Below are positions 27,732 through 36,714 of a DNA stretch of 64,000 nt, piece after piece; the first letter of the stretch is position 1, and the number at the start of each line of letters is the position of its first letter. Made by a program: the position numbers and the translations under genes. The stretch is from an uncultured Chloroflexia bacterium (GTDB lineage Bacteria; Chloroflexota; Limnocylindria; Limnocylindrales; CSP1-4), in contig CAWGVH010000003.1 of the NCBI GenBank assembly GCA_963825995.1, forward strand, positions 215,828 to 279,827, written 5' to 3'. A model generated the notes under the pieces. It was given only the letters and a program-made list of their open reading frames with translations, ran no database searches and was not told where the DNA came from.

Positions 27732-29060
27732 GTGAGCCGCCTCTTCGGCACCGACGGGATCCGCGGTGTCGCCAACGAGGACCTCAAGCCGGTCCTGGCC
27801 CACGCCCTGGGGCGGGCCGTGGCGTCGCGCCTGGCCGGACGGGGCGGCAGCATCCTGGTCGGGCAGGACACGCGCCGCTCCGGAGACATGCTTGCGGCCG
27901 CCATCATGTCGGGCGGCACCTCCGCAGGTGCGGACGTCCACGTGCTGGGCGTCTGCCCCACGCCGGCCCTCGCCCACGTCACGGCGGTGGGCAACTTCGC
28001 CGCGGGCATCATGGTCTCAGCCTCCCATAACCCGGCTGACGACAACGGCCTCAAGGTGCTGGACGGCCGCGGCCTCAAGCTCGACGATGCCATGGAGGAC
28101 GAGCTGGCCACCCTCGTCATGCGGTCCGACGAGCTGGACAGCCCCACCAATGCCGGCCTCGGCCGCATCGTGGACGCGCGCCCGGACCTGGAGGGCTACC
28201 TGGAGCACCGCCTGGGCCTGGCGCGTGCCGTCGGCTCTGACCTGCGCATCCACGTCGATTGCGCCAACGGCTCGGCATCCGCGCTGGCGCCCATCATCCT
28301 GGCCGCCAGCGGCGCTTCCGTGGAGGCCCACTTCGACGCTCCCGACGGCACGAACATCAACCTGCACTGCGGTGCCACCGTGCCCGGCACCCTGGCCGCC
28401 ATCGTCGCCGAGCGCGGCGGCAACGCGGGCTTCAGCCTGGACGGCGATGCCGACCGCTGCGTGACCGTGGACGAACGCGGCCGGGTGGTGGACGGCGATC
28501 AGCTTCTGGGCGTCATCGCCCTTGACCGCCTGGCCCGCGATAAGCTGGCCGAGCAGACCGTCGTGGTGAGCATCCTCTCCAACGGCGGCCTGGCACGGGC
28601 CATCGAGGCTGCCGGGGGCCAGGTCCTGCGCACACCGGTCGGGGACCGCTACATCCTTGATTCGATGCTCATCTCCGGCGCCGGGCTGGGTGGCGAGAAG
28701 AGCGGCCACGTCATCATCCGCGAGCACACCAGCAGCGGCGACGGCATCGTCACGGCGCTGGAGGTGCTGGGCATCCTGGCCCGCAGCGGCCGGCCCCTGT
28801 CGGAGCTGGCGGCGGCCATCCCGCTCGACCCCCAGGAGCAACGCACCGTGCGCGTCCGCCACAAGGAGTGGCGTGCCGACCGCACCCTGACCGCCGCCGT
28901 GGCGGCCGCAGAGCGCGAGCTGGCTGGCGAGGGGCGGATCGTGGTGCGGGCCTCGGGCACCGAGCCGGCGCTCCGAGTCATGGTCGAGGGGCGTGACCCG
29001 GCGACCGTGCTGCGCCTGGCCGACGAAGTGGCTGGGCTCGCCCGCGAGCGGCTGGGCTGA
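27732..29060 (+). CDS. glmM: phosphoglucosamine mutase
   Basis: GTG start; LFGTDGIRGVAN, active-site SASHNPADDNG; 442 aa. Confidence 0.94.
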   Translation: MSRLFGTDGIRGVANEDLKPVLAHALGRAVASRLAGRGGSILVGQDTRRSGDMLAAAIMSGGTSAGADVHVLGVCPTPALAHVTAVGNFAAGIMVSASHNPADDNGLKVLDGRGLKLDDAMEDELATLVMRSDELDSPTNAGLGRIVDARPDLEGYLEHRLGLARAVGSDLRIHVDCANGSASALAPIILAASGASVEAHFDAPDGTNINLHCGATVPGTLAAIVAERGGNAGFSLDGDADRCVTVDERGRVVDGDQLLGVIALDRLARDKLAEQTVVVSILSNGGLARAIEAAGGQVLRTPVGDRYILDSMLISGAGLGGEKSGHVIIREHTSSGDGIVTALEVLGILARSGRPLSELAAAIPLDPQEQRTVRVRHKEWRADRTLTAAVAAAERELAGEGRIVVRASGTEPALRVMVEGRDPATVLRLADEVAGLARERLG

Positions 29061-29073
29061 GGGCGGCGGCACC

Positions 29074-30903
29074 GTGTGCGGCATCGTCGGATACGTCGGC
29101 GCTCGCGAGGCGGCCCCCATCCTGCTGGCCGGCCTGGCGCGGCTCGAGTACCGCGGCTATGACTCGGCCGGCATCGCCCTGGTCACCTCCGAGGGCGATC
29201 TCTTCGTCCGCAAGCGGGCCGGGAAGGTGGCCGACCTGCAGGCGGCCCTGGCGGACGGCGTGCCGTCCTCGCGCGCCGGCCTCGGCCACACCCGCTGGGC
29301 CACGCACGGCCGTCCCAACGACCTCAACGCCCACCCCCACGCCGACTGCACGGGCGACTTGACCGTCATCCACAACGGCATCATCGAGAACTTCATCGAG
29401 CTGCGTGCGGAGCTCGAGTCACGCGGCCACACCCTCGAGTCGGAGACCGACACCGAGGCCATCGCGCATCTCGTCGAGGAGGCCTACCAGGGTGACCTCG
29501 CGGCTGCCGTTCGCGCCGCTCTGCAGCGCGCCCAGGGGGCCTACGCCCTGGCCGTCATCCACAAGGGTGAGCCGGACCGTGTCGTCGGCGCCCGTATGAA
29601 CGTACCCCTCATCGTCGGCCTCGGCGAGGGCGAGGCCTTCCTTGCCTCGGACGTGGCGGCCGTGCTGGCCCACACGCGCCGCGTCATCTACCTTGAGGAG
29701 GGCGACGTGGCGGATCTCGGCCCCGGCCGCGTGACCATCACCGATATGGTCGGCCGCCGCTTGGAGCGCCCCGTGCGCGAGGTGGACTGGGACATCGAAT
29801 CGGCCGAGAAGGGCGGCTATGAGCACTTCATGCTCAAGGAGATGCACGAGCAGCCCGAGGCGATCCGGGCCGCCATCACGGGCCGCATCCGCGGTCAGCA
29901 GATCAGCGTCCAGGAGCTGGGGCCCTTGGCCGGACGGCTGGCCACCATCGACCGCATCGAGCTGGTGGCCTGCGGCAGCGCGGCCTACGCCTCTGCCGTG
30001 GCCAGCCAGGCGCTGCAGGCCTGGACGGGGCTGCCGGCCCGCTGGAACATCGGTTCGGAGTTCCGCTACGATCCGCCGCCGCTCGACGAGCGCACGCTCG
30101 TCATCGCCGTGACGCAGTCGGGCGAGACGGCCGACACCCTGGCGCCGACACGGCTGGCCCGTCAGCGGGGCTGTCCCATCGTGGCTGTCACCAACACGGT
30201 CGGCTCGGCCATCACCCGGGAGTCGGACGCCGTGCTCTTCCTGCAGGCGGGGCCGGAGATCGCCGTGGTGGCCACCAAGACCTACGTCACGCAGGTCGTG
30301 ACCCTGCTGCTCGCGGCCGCGCAGCTGGCCAAGTCCCGCGGCCGGCTCGATCCCCACTACGAGGCCGCCCTGGTCGAATCGCTGCGCGCTCTGCCGGCCG
30401 CCGCCGAGCGGGCCCTCGAGCTCAACGAGGCGCCGGCTCGCGAGCTGGCACGGCGATACGTGGGCTCGCGCGGGTACATGTACGTGGGCCGCGGCATCAC
30501 CTACCCGGTGGCTCTCGAGGGTGCCCTCAAGCTCAAGGAGGTCAGCTACGTCCACGCCGAGGGCTACGCCGCCGGCGAGCTCAAGCACGGGCCCATCTCC
30601 CTGCTCGACGCAGACGTGCCCCTGGTCGCGGTGGCTACCCGCACCGCGGTGCACGACAAGCTCGTCAGCAACCTCATGGAGGGCCGCGCCCGCGACGCTC
30701 GCGTCATCGCGGTCGTGACCGAGGGCGATGAGCGCATGCGCTCGGTCGCGGACGACATCCTCTGGGTGCCTGCCACGCACGAGATCCTGAGCCCGGCGCT
30801 GGCCATCATCCCGCTCCAACTCTTCGCCTATCACACCGCGGTGGCGCGCGGCACCGACGTCGATCAGCCGCGCAACCTGGCCAAGTCGGTCACGGTCGAA
30901 TGA
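29074..30903 (+). CDS. glmS: glutamine--fructose-6-phosphate aminotransferase
   Basis: GTG 29074 then Cys (CGIVGYVG) as the N-terminal nucleophile; two SIS domains; C-terminal PRNLAKSVTVE; 609 aa. Confidence 0.95.
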   Translation: MCGIVGYVGAREAAPILLAGLARLEYRGYDSAGIALVTSEGDLFVRKRAGKVADLQAALADGVPSSRAGLGHTRWATHGRPNDLNAHPHADCTGDLTVIHNGIIENFIELRAELESRGHTLESETDTEAIAHLVEEAYQGDLAAAVRAALQRAQGAYALAVIHKGEPDRVVGARMNVPLIVGLGEGEAFLASDVAAVLAHTRRVIYLEEGDVADLGPGRVTITDMVGRRLERPVREVDWDIESAEKGGYEHFMLKEMHEQPEAIRAAITGRIRGQQISVQELGPLAGRLATIDRIELVACGSAAYASAVASQALQAWTGLPARWNIGSEFRYDPPPLDERTLVIAVTQSGETADTLAPTRLARQRGCPIVAVTNTVGSAITRESDAVLFLQAGPEIAVVATKTYVTQVVTLLLAAAQLAKSRGRLDPHYEAALVESLRALPAAAERALELNEAPARELARRYVGSRGYMYVGRGITYPVALEGALKLKEVSYVHAEGYAAGELKHGPISLLDADVPLVAVATRTAVHDKLVSNLMEGRARDARVIAVVTEGDERMRSVADDILWVPATHEILSPALAIIPLQLFAYHTAVARGTDVDQPRNLAKSVTVE

Positions 30904-31484
30904 GCGACCCCTCGCTGGCCTTGCCGCCCGCGGGCACGACCGAGCTGGGCATCGACATCATCCGCGTCGATCGCATCGTCAAGGCGCTCGAGAAGCACGG
31001 CCGGCGCTTCCCACTGCGCATCTTGACGGCTGCCGAGGATGCCTACGTGCGCGACCGGCCGGAGAACCTGGCCGGCCGCTGGGCGGCCAAGGAAGCCGTC
31101 AGCAAGGTGCTCGGCCTCGGCGTGCGGGGTGTGGGCTGGCGCGAGATCGAGATCGTGCGGCTGCCCACCGGGCAGCCCACCGTGCGGCTGCACGACCGAG
31201 CCCTGCGGCGCGCCCAGCAGCTGGGCATGGAGCGCATCGCCGTCTCCATCAGCCACGAGCACGAGTACGCCGTCGCCATCGCCTTCGGCGTGCGCACCGA
31301 GGGGGGCACGTTCGTCTTCCCGCTGGATGTCGAGGCCCGCCTGGATGATCGCGAGCAGCAGCTCATGGCACGCCTCTCTCGCCTGCGTGACCTGGATGCC
31401 GATGTCCGTGCCGCCGAGGTGGCCGCTCGCGGCGAGACCGCGCCGCCAGTCGGTGTCGCGGACGAGGGCGCCCCGCGGTCATGA
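30900..31484 (+). CDS. acpS: holo-ACP synthase (4'-phosphopantetheinyl transferase) with a ~65-aa C-terminal extension
   Basis: GIDIIRVDRI, WAAKEAVSKVLG, ISHEHEYAVAIA; ATGA overlap with glmS; 194 aa. Confidence 0.88.
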   Translation: MSDPSLALPPAGTTELGIDIIRVDRIVKALEKHGRRFPLRILTAAEDAYVRDRPENLAGRWAAKEAVSKVLGLGVRGVGWREIEIVRLPTGQPTVRLHDRALRRAQQLGMERIAVSISHEHEYAVAIAFGVRTEGGTFVFPLDVEARLDDREQQLMARLSRLRDLDADVRAAEVAARGETAPPVGVADEGAPRS

Positions 31485-32404
31485 GCGTGGCTCCCGCCCC
31501 GCTGCTCGACGCGGACCTCGCGGCGAGGCTGCTGCCGGTGCGTGACCCGCGCGGCCACAAGGGTACCTTCGGGCGCGTGACGGTGGTGGCCGGCTCGCTC
31601 GACTTCGCGGGTGCGGCCCTCATGGCAGGTGCCGCTGCGCTGCGTGCCGGGAGCGGCCTCGTGACGCTCTGGCTGCCCGCCTCGCTGCAGCCCCTCCTGG
31701 CCGGCCGCATCCCCGAGCTCGTCACGCGCGGCCTGCCGGAACGGAGCGCGGGTGTGGTCGATCCGGCAGCGGCCGCGGACCTCATCCTCTCGACCGCGCA
31801 CGACGCGCTCCTGGTGGGTCCCGGCGTGGCGCCCGGGCCGGGCAGCCGTGGGCTCGTGCAGCGCCTGTTGGCCGCCGAAGGCCCGCCTGCGGTCGTCGAT
31901 GCCGGCGCCCTCGACGTGTTGTCCGGCATCCCGGGATGGGCCGGCCGCGTTCGGCGACCCTGCGTGCTGACGCCGCACCCAGGCGAGCTGCAGCGCCTCG
32001 GCCGTCTGCCCGGCGGCACTGACGAGGAGCGCCTGGCGGCTGTCCAGGCCGCGGCCGCCGCCTGGAGCCAGGTCGTGGTGCTCAAGGGGGCCCAGACCGT
32101 CATCGCCGAGCCCGCAGGGCGGACGCTGCTGGCACCCTTCAGCCTGCCCCTGCTGGGCACGGCCGGCAGTGGGGACGTGCTGGCCGGCGTCATCGCCTCC
32201 TTCATCGGCCAGGGCCTCCCGGCCTTCGAGGCTGCCGCGCTGGGTGTCTACCTGCATGCCCGCGCCGCCGAGCGGCTCGGCGATGAACTGGGCGACGCGG
32301 GCCTCATGGCCACGGACCTCCTGGAACAGATCCCCCGCGCTCGTCGGGCACTGCGCGACCGTCGCACGGACGAACGGCCAGGACCCGATCAGGCTCCCGG
32401 ATGA
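31481..32404 (+). CDS. nnrD: ADP-dependent NAD(P)H-hydrate dehydratase (YjeF C-terminal type)
   Basis: GHKGTFGRVTVVAGS, TPHPGEL, GTAGSGDVLAGVIA; 307 aa. No N-terminal epimerase domain. Confidence 0.88.
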   Translation: MSVAPAPLLDADLAARLLPVRDPRGHKGTFGRVTVVAGSLDFAGAALMAGAAALRAGSGLVTLWLPASLQPLLAGRIPELVTRGLPERSAGVVDPAAAADLILSTAHDALLVGPGVAPGPGSRGLVQRLLAAEGPPAVVDAGALDVLSGIPGWAGRVRRPCVLTPHPGELQRLGRLPGGTDEERLAAVQAAAAAWSQVVVLKGAQTVIAEPAGRTLLAPFSLPLLGTAGSGDVLAGVIASFIGQGLPAFEAAALGVYLHARAAERLGDELGDAGLMATDLLEQIPRARRALRDRRTDERPGPDQAPG

Positions 32405-33594
32405 TGGTGCGGTCGGGTGTCTCCTTGCGGCACCGGGCCGCCTGGCTGGAGATCGACCTGGCGGCCCTGCGACACAACGTCAGTGTGCTCCGCTCGTTGA
32501 GCGGTCCGGCCGCTCTGGCACCCGTCGTCAAGGCCAACGCCTACGGCCACGGCCTGACAGCGGTGGCCGGGGCGCTGCGCGACGTCGTTGAGGCCCTCTG
32601 CGTGGCCACCCTCGACGAAGCCATCGAGTTGCGCGCGGTCGTCGGTGGTCGGGTGATCCTGCTCTATGCGGTGCCTCCGGAGGCTGCCGCCGACGCGGTC
32701 GCCAGCGGCGCGGAGCTGACGATCATGGCGCGTGAGGACCTGCCTCCGCTGCTGGCCGCGGTCCCGCCCGGCAGCCCGCCCCTGGCCATCCACCTCGCCG
32801 TCGAGACCGGCCTTGGCCGGGGCGGGCTGCCGCCCGCCGAGGCGGCCGCGGTGGCGGTGCTCGTGGCGGCGGACCCGCGCACGAGGCTCGCGGGTCTCTG
32901 GTCGCACCTCGCCACGCCCGAGGACCCAGTGGCCAGCGAGATCCAGGTGGCGCGCTTCGACGCGGCCGTCGAGGGGCTTGTCGCCAGGGGCACGACGGTG
33001 CCGGACCGGCACCTCGCCGCCAGCAGCAGCCTCTTCACGGGGACGGCGCCGGGTCTCGAGATGGTGCGGCCGGGCCTGGCCGTCTACGGCGTGCTCGATG
33101 AGGGCCTGCCTATCGCCGCCACGGCCGCCGCAGCCGCCACGAGTCTCCAGCCGGTCCTCTCACTCAAGGCGCAGCCGGTCGCGTTCGGCGACGTTCCGGT
33201 GGGTGGCAGCGTCGGCTATGGAGGCCGCTGGCGGGCGCCGCGGCCCACGCACACCGCCATCCTGCCCATCGGCTATGCGGACGGCTACCTGCGCGGCACC
33301 CAACCTGGCGCCACCGCGCTCGTGCGCGGTGCCCCCGTGCCCCTCGTGGGCGCCATCTCGATGGACGCCGTGGCCGTCGACGTCACCGATGTGCCAGGCA
33401 TCAGCCAGGCGGATGAGTTCGTCCTCCTCGGCCGGCAGGGCGAGGCCGTCATCACGGCCGGTGATCTGGCGCGTTCGCGCAACACGATCGCCTGGGAGGT
33501 GCTCTCCAGCATGGCCGCCCGGTTGGACCGGGTGTACTATCCGGAAGCCGGTTCGCCCGATCCGAACGAGTCACCGGCGCCGTGCCAGACATGA
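32401..33594 (+). CDS. alr: alanine racemase
   Basis: PLP-lysine motif VVKANAYGHG, ...GYADGY..., ISMDAVAVDV; 397 aa. Confidence 0.93.
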   Translation: MMVRSGVSLRHRAAWLEIDLAALRHNVSVLRSLSGPAALAPVVKANAYGHGLTAVAGALRDVVEALCVATLDEAIELRAVVGGRVILLYAVPPEAAADAVASGAELTIMAREDLPPLLAAVPPGSPPLAIHLAVETGLGRGGLPPAEAAAVAVLVAADPRTRLAGLWSHLATPEDPVASEIQVARFDAAVEGLVARGTTVPDRHLAASSSLFTGTAPGLEMVRPGLAVYGVLDEGLPIAATAAAAATSLQPVLSLKAQPVAFGDVPVGGSVGYGGRWRAPRPTHTAILPIGYADGYLRGTQPGATALVRGAPVPLVGAISMDAVAVDVTDVPGISQADEFVLLGRQGEAVITAGDLARSRNTIAWEVLSSMAARLDRVYYPEAGSPDPNESPAPCQT

Positions 33595-34001
33595 AGCCAC
33601 CGATCGCGTGGAACCCGGGAAGAGAGGGTCCCGTCCGCGCAGGCAGACCGGTTCGCAGCATGTCCAGAGGAGGGCAATCGGGGTTGTTTCGAACACCCGC
33701 CATATCCGATCTGGCGCTCGATCCGCGCGACGTCGCAGGCCTTGACGACGACGACGTGGAGGCTGTGGCGCGGGCGATCCAGCTGCGCGGTGCCACCGTG
33801 CCCGCGGTCTTCTTCCTGGAGGCCAATCGCGGACTGGGCTCGCTCGACGGACTGGGGATGCTCCTCTTCGACCCCGTCATCCGTGGCGTCTTCGGCGGCG
33901 ATGTCCCGGGTGCGCGCATCCTCCTGGCGGACGAGGACGGCATCGAGCGCCTCATCGACCGTCTCGAGGAGCTCGAGGCAGAGGTCGGCCTCGACGCCTG
34001 A
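33582..34001 (+). CDS. hypothetical small acidic protein (unknown ORF A)
   Basis: The 3' two-thirds has strong GC3 and plausible composition (DDDDVEAVARAIQLRG...IERLIDRLEELEAE). Start is uncertain: ATG 33582, ATG 33660, or TTG 33684 (9 nt after AGAGGAGGG). Confidence 0.5.
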   Translation: MPDMKPPIAWNPGREGPVRAGRPVRSMSRGGQSGLFRTPAISDLALDPRDVAGLDDDDVEAVARAIQLRGATVPAVFFLEANRGLGSLDGLGMLLFDPVIRGVFGGDVPGARILLADEDGIERLIDRLEELEAEVGLDA

Positions 34002-34028
34002 AAGCCGGCGCGCGGCTACCATCTCCCA

Positions 34029-35645
34029 GTGACTCCGGACGCACCCTCGTTCTTCACGCTTGACCGCGGCACCGTCAGCACGGCCGCCACGCTCATCGCG
34101 CCCGTGGATGGCCGGTACCGCATGCTGGCGGCATCCGCAGCCCCGGCCGCCATCGATCCGGAGGCCATCCTCGAGGATCTTGCCTGGCGGGTCGCCCGGA
34201 CCGATGCCACGGTGGCAGGCTCCATGGAAGGCTGGCGCGAGTGGTCGCGGCTCGAGGTCCGCAGCATCCGCCCGCCGCGCGCCTGCCTGGTGGCCGCCTC
34301 CCCAGAAGCGGGCTCGCTCCTGGAGCGCGCCTTCATGGGCGCGGGCTGGCACGTGGCGGCCCGCTTCTTCGGCCCCGAGCCCGACCTCATCGCCCTGGGG
34401 GGCGCCTGCCTGGATTCGAGCCTCGACGCGGTGGTCATGGCCGGTCGCGATGATGCCGACCAGGAGGAACGTGACCGGGCGCGCCTGCTCTGGCCGCGCA
34501 TCGGATCGCTGGCCCGACTGCGTGACGACCTGGCGGTCATCGCCTGCGGCCCCTTCATCGAACGCCCAGAGGGCATCCCCGACGACCGGCTCTTCTCGCT
34601 GCCGGCTCCCCACCCGGCCGCCTCGGGACCCTCGTCGCCGCTCTTCCAGGCGGCCGCACAGGTGGGCGCCCACCTGGTGTCCGGCGGCGACCCCCCGGCC
34701 CTGGACAGCCGTTCGGCGCTGCAGCGCTCGGTGTCGTCGCTGGCCGTCCTGCTGGGCAAGCGCGTGGATGGTATCGAGGTGGGCGCCGCGGCAGCATCAC
34801 GGACGCTCGCCAACCCCGACGGCGAGCTGCGCCACGCCGTCCTCGCCTCGGCCGGGCTGCTACCCCACGAGATCCTCGACGACGACGAGGCTGCGGAGGC
34901 CGTCCTGCGCTGGTCGGCCGTAGCGGGCGACCCGGCCACGCGCCTGGACCGCATCCGCGAGCTGGTGCTGCACCCCTGGTCGGCCATCGACGGAGACGGC
35001 CTGCACCTGCGCCTGGCCATGCTGCGGACGGCCCTCGAGCGTCTGCAACAGGGTTGGGACTCGTTGGCCACCGAGAGCCGGCCGGATGACGCAGCCGCGG
35101 ACGTGCTCGTCCTGGCCGGCGGCGGGTTCGCGTTGCTGCCAGCCGCGGCCGCGGCACTGGCGGTCGCCGACGGCGTCCGACGGCCAGGCGCGTTCACCAT
35201 CCTGCATGACCACGCCGCCGTCCTGGCACCCCTCGGCGCGCTGCCCGTGGAGGGCGACCGGCGTCGCCTGCTGGCCGACCTCATGGACGACTGCCTCTTG
35301 CCGGTCGGGAGCGTGGTCCTGACCGGCGCTCCCGGAGAGACCGGGAAGGACCGCGGTCGGGTCACCATCTCCACGCCGCTCTTCGAGGACGAGCTGGCGC
35401 TGGAGCCCGGGCTGCGACTCGTGGATCTGCCGCCCGGCATCGTGGCGCGTCTCGAGATCGACCCCGGCCAGGGCAGCCTCCTGGGCGTCTCCGGCCGACG
35501 CTTCGGGCTCGAGGTGAGCGGAGGCCTGGGAGGCCTCCTGCTGGACATGCGGCCCATCCCGTTGGAGCTGCCCAGCGGCGCCGAGCAACGTCGCGCCATG
35601 CTCGAGACCTGGGAGGAGCCCGCCTGGGTGGGCAGTGACCGATGA
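34029..35645 (+). CDS. hypothetical protein (unknown ORF B), possible divergent GlmL/MutL-like ASKHA-fold protein
   Basis: GTG start; 538 aa; high GC3. N-terminal FFTLDRGTVSTAATLIAPVDGRYRMLA resembles the phosphate-1 strand-hairpin of actin-like ATPases. VLVLAGGGFAL resembles the adenosine motif. No close family recognised by eye. Confidence 0.75.
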   Translation: MTPDAPSFFTLDRGTVSTAATLIAPVDGRYRMLAASAAPAAIDPEAILEDLAWRVARTDATVAGSMEGWREWSRLEVRSIRPPRACLVAASPEAGSLLERAFMGAGWHVAARFFGPEPDLIALGGACLDSSLDAVVMAGRDDADQEERDRARLLWPRIGSLARLRDDLAVIACGPFIERPEGIPDDRLFSLPAPHPAASGPSSPLFQAAAQVGAHLVSGGDPPALDSRSALQRSVSSLAVLLGKRVDGIEVGAAAASRTLANPDGELRHAVLASAGLLPHEILDDDEAAEAVLRWSAVAGDPATRLDRIRELVLHPWSAIDGDGLHLRLAMLRTALERLQQGWDSLATESRPDDAAADVLVLAGGGFALLPAAAAALAVADGVRRPGAFTILHDHAAVLAPLGALPVEGDRRRLLADLMDDCLLPVGSVVLTGAPGETGKDRGRVTISTPLFEDELALEPGLRLVDLPPGIVARLEIDPGQGSLLGVSGRRFGLEVSGGLGGLLLDMRPIPLELPSGAEQRRAMLETWEEPAWVGSDR

Positions 35646-36712
35646 TCCCGACCAGCCCCCCTGTCCACGATCTCCTGCGCTTCGCGGTCCCGGCCGCGCG
35701 CACCGAGACCGGTCGACTGCTGCGCTTCCCCCTGCGCCTGGCGGATCGGCCCCTCGTGGTTCCCGGCCAGCGCGTGGAGCTCGGCCAGCCCATCATCGAG
35801 CACTTCCGGGAGCAGGAGGCAGTCGAGATCCCGACCACGGCGGCCATCGTCGGCCTGCGCCCCGGGGACTTCCTGGACCACGTTCCGGTATCACAGTCGA
35901 GCCGCCTGGGCAGGAAGTCCCCCCAGGCCACCTACCGCACCCGCGTCTGCGAGCACGGCCGTGACGGACTCACCCGCCTTGCGGCCGGCAGCGGCGAGAT
36001 CGTCATCCACGCGCCCGCGTCGGGCGTCGTCGAGACCGTCCTGCCGGGGCGCATCGACATCCGCGCCGACGGCCTGGCCGTGGATGCCCAGGTCGGGTGG
36101 GGCCGTTCCGCCGTCGGACGCATCGTCATCGCCGCGGACGCGCCCGATGCCGAGCTGCCTGCCTCGCGCATCGACGTCAGCGCGGCGGGGGCTATCCTGG
36201 TGGCTGGCGTTCGCCTGGATCTTGAGGCCATGTCTCGTGCGCGGGCCATCGGTGTCACTGCTGTCATCACGGGCGGCGTGGCCAGCCGCCACCTGCGGCA
36301 GCTGGGATCCTCCGAGGCGCGCCAGCAGGCTGCCCTGCACGCCGCGGCACCCTTCGGACTGCTGGCCATGACCGGCTACGGTCGGCTGCCCATCCCGGCC
36401 CACCTCTGGGACCTGCTCGTGGCCGCAGCCGGCCGGCCGGCCGGCATCCACCCGGGATCGCGGACGCTCATCATCGGAGGCGATCACCGGCCCCTCCTGG
36501 CGGCGGCGTCGCGACCGGGCGGCACGGTGCGCGTGAGCAGCGGCGAGGGGCGCGACATGGAGGGTCGCTTCGTGGGTCTGGCCGGCCCGCGCCGCTGGCC
36601 CGGCGGTGTCTATGCGCCCGGAGGCTTCATCGAGGTCGTGGCCGCCGATGGCAGCACGCAGCGTCGTTGCGTGCCGCTGTCCACGCTGGAACGGCTCGAC
36701 CAGGTCGGTTGA
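35642..36712 (+). CDS. hypothetical protein (unknown ORF C) with barrel-sandwich-hybrid-like N-terminal motifs
   Basis: ATGA overlap with ORF B; 356 aa. LVVPGQRVELGQPII and IHAPASGVVETV resemble lipoyl/RnfC_N/NqrA_N-type motifs. The rest is unrecognised. Confidence 0.75.
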   Translation: MIPTSPPVHDLLRFAVPAARTETGRLLRFPLRLADRPLVVPGQRVELGQPIIEHFREQEAVEIPTTAAIVGLRPGDFLDHVPVSQSSRLGRKSPQATYRTRVCEHGRDGLTRLAAGSGEIVIHAPASGVVETVLPGRIDIRADGLAVDAQVGWGRSAVGRIVIAADAPDAELPASRIDVSAAGAILVAGVRLDLEAMSRARAIGVTAVITGGVASRHLRQLGSSEARQQAALHAAAPFGLLAMTGYGRLPIPAHLWDLLVAAAGRPAGIHPGSRTLIIGGDHRPLLAAASRPGGTVRVSSGEGRDMEGRFVGLAGPRRWPGGVYAPGGFIEVVAADGSTQRRCVPLSTLERLDQVG

Positions 36713-36714
36713 CG

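Noticed and set aside
29061-29073. glmS ribozyme upstream of glmS.
   Set aside because: Only 13 nt separate the glmM stop from the glmS start, so there is no room for the roughly 170-nt ribozyme.
34016-35881. 621-aa minus-strand ORF competing with unknown ORFs B and C.
   Set aside because: Its translation is Ser/Arg/Pro/Ala junk. The plus-strand frame has host-like GC3, balanced Asp/Glu/Leu composition and start/stop coupling to its neighbours.
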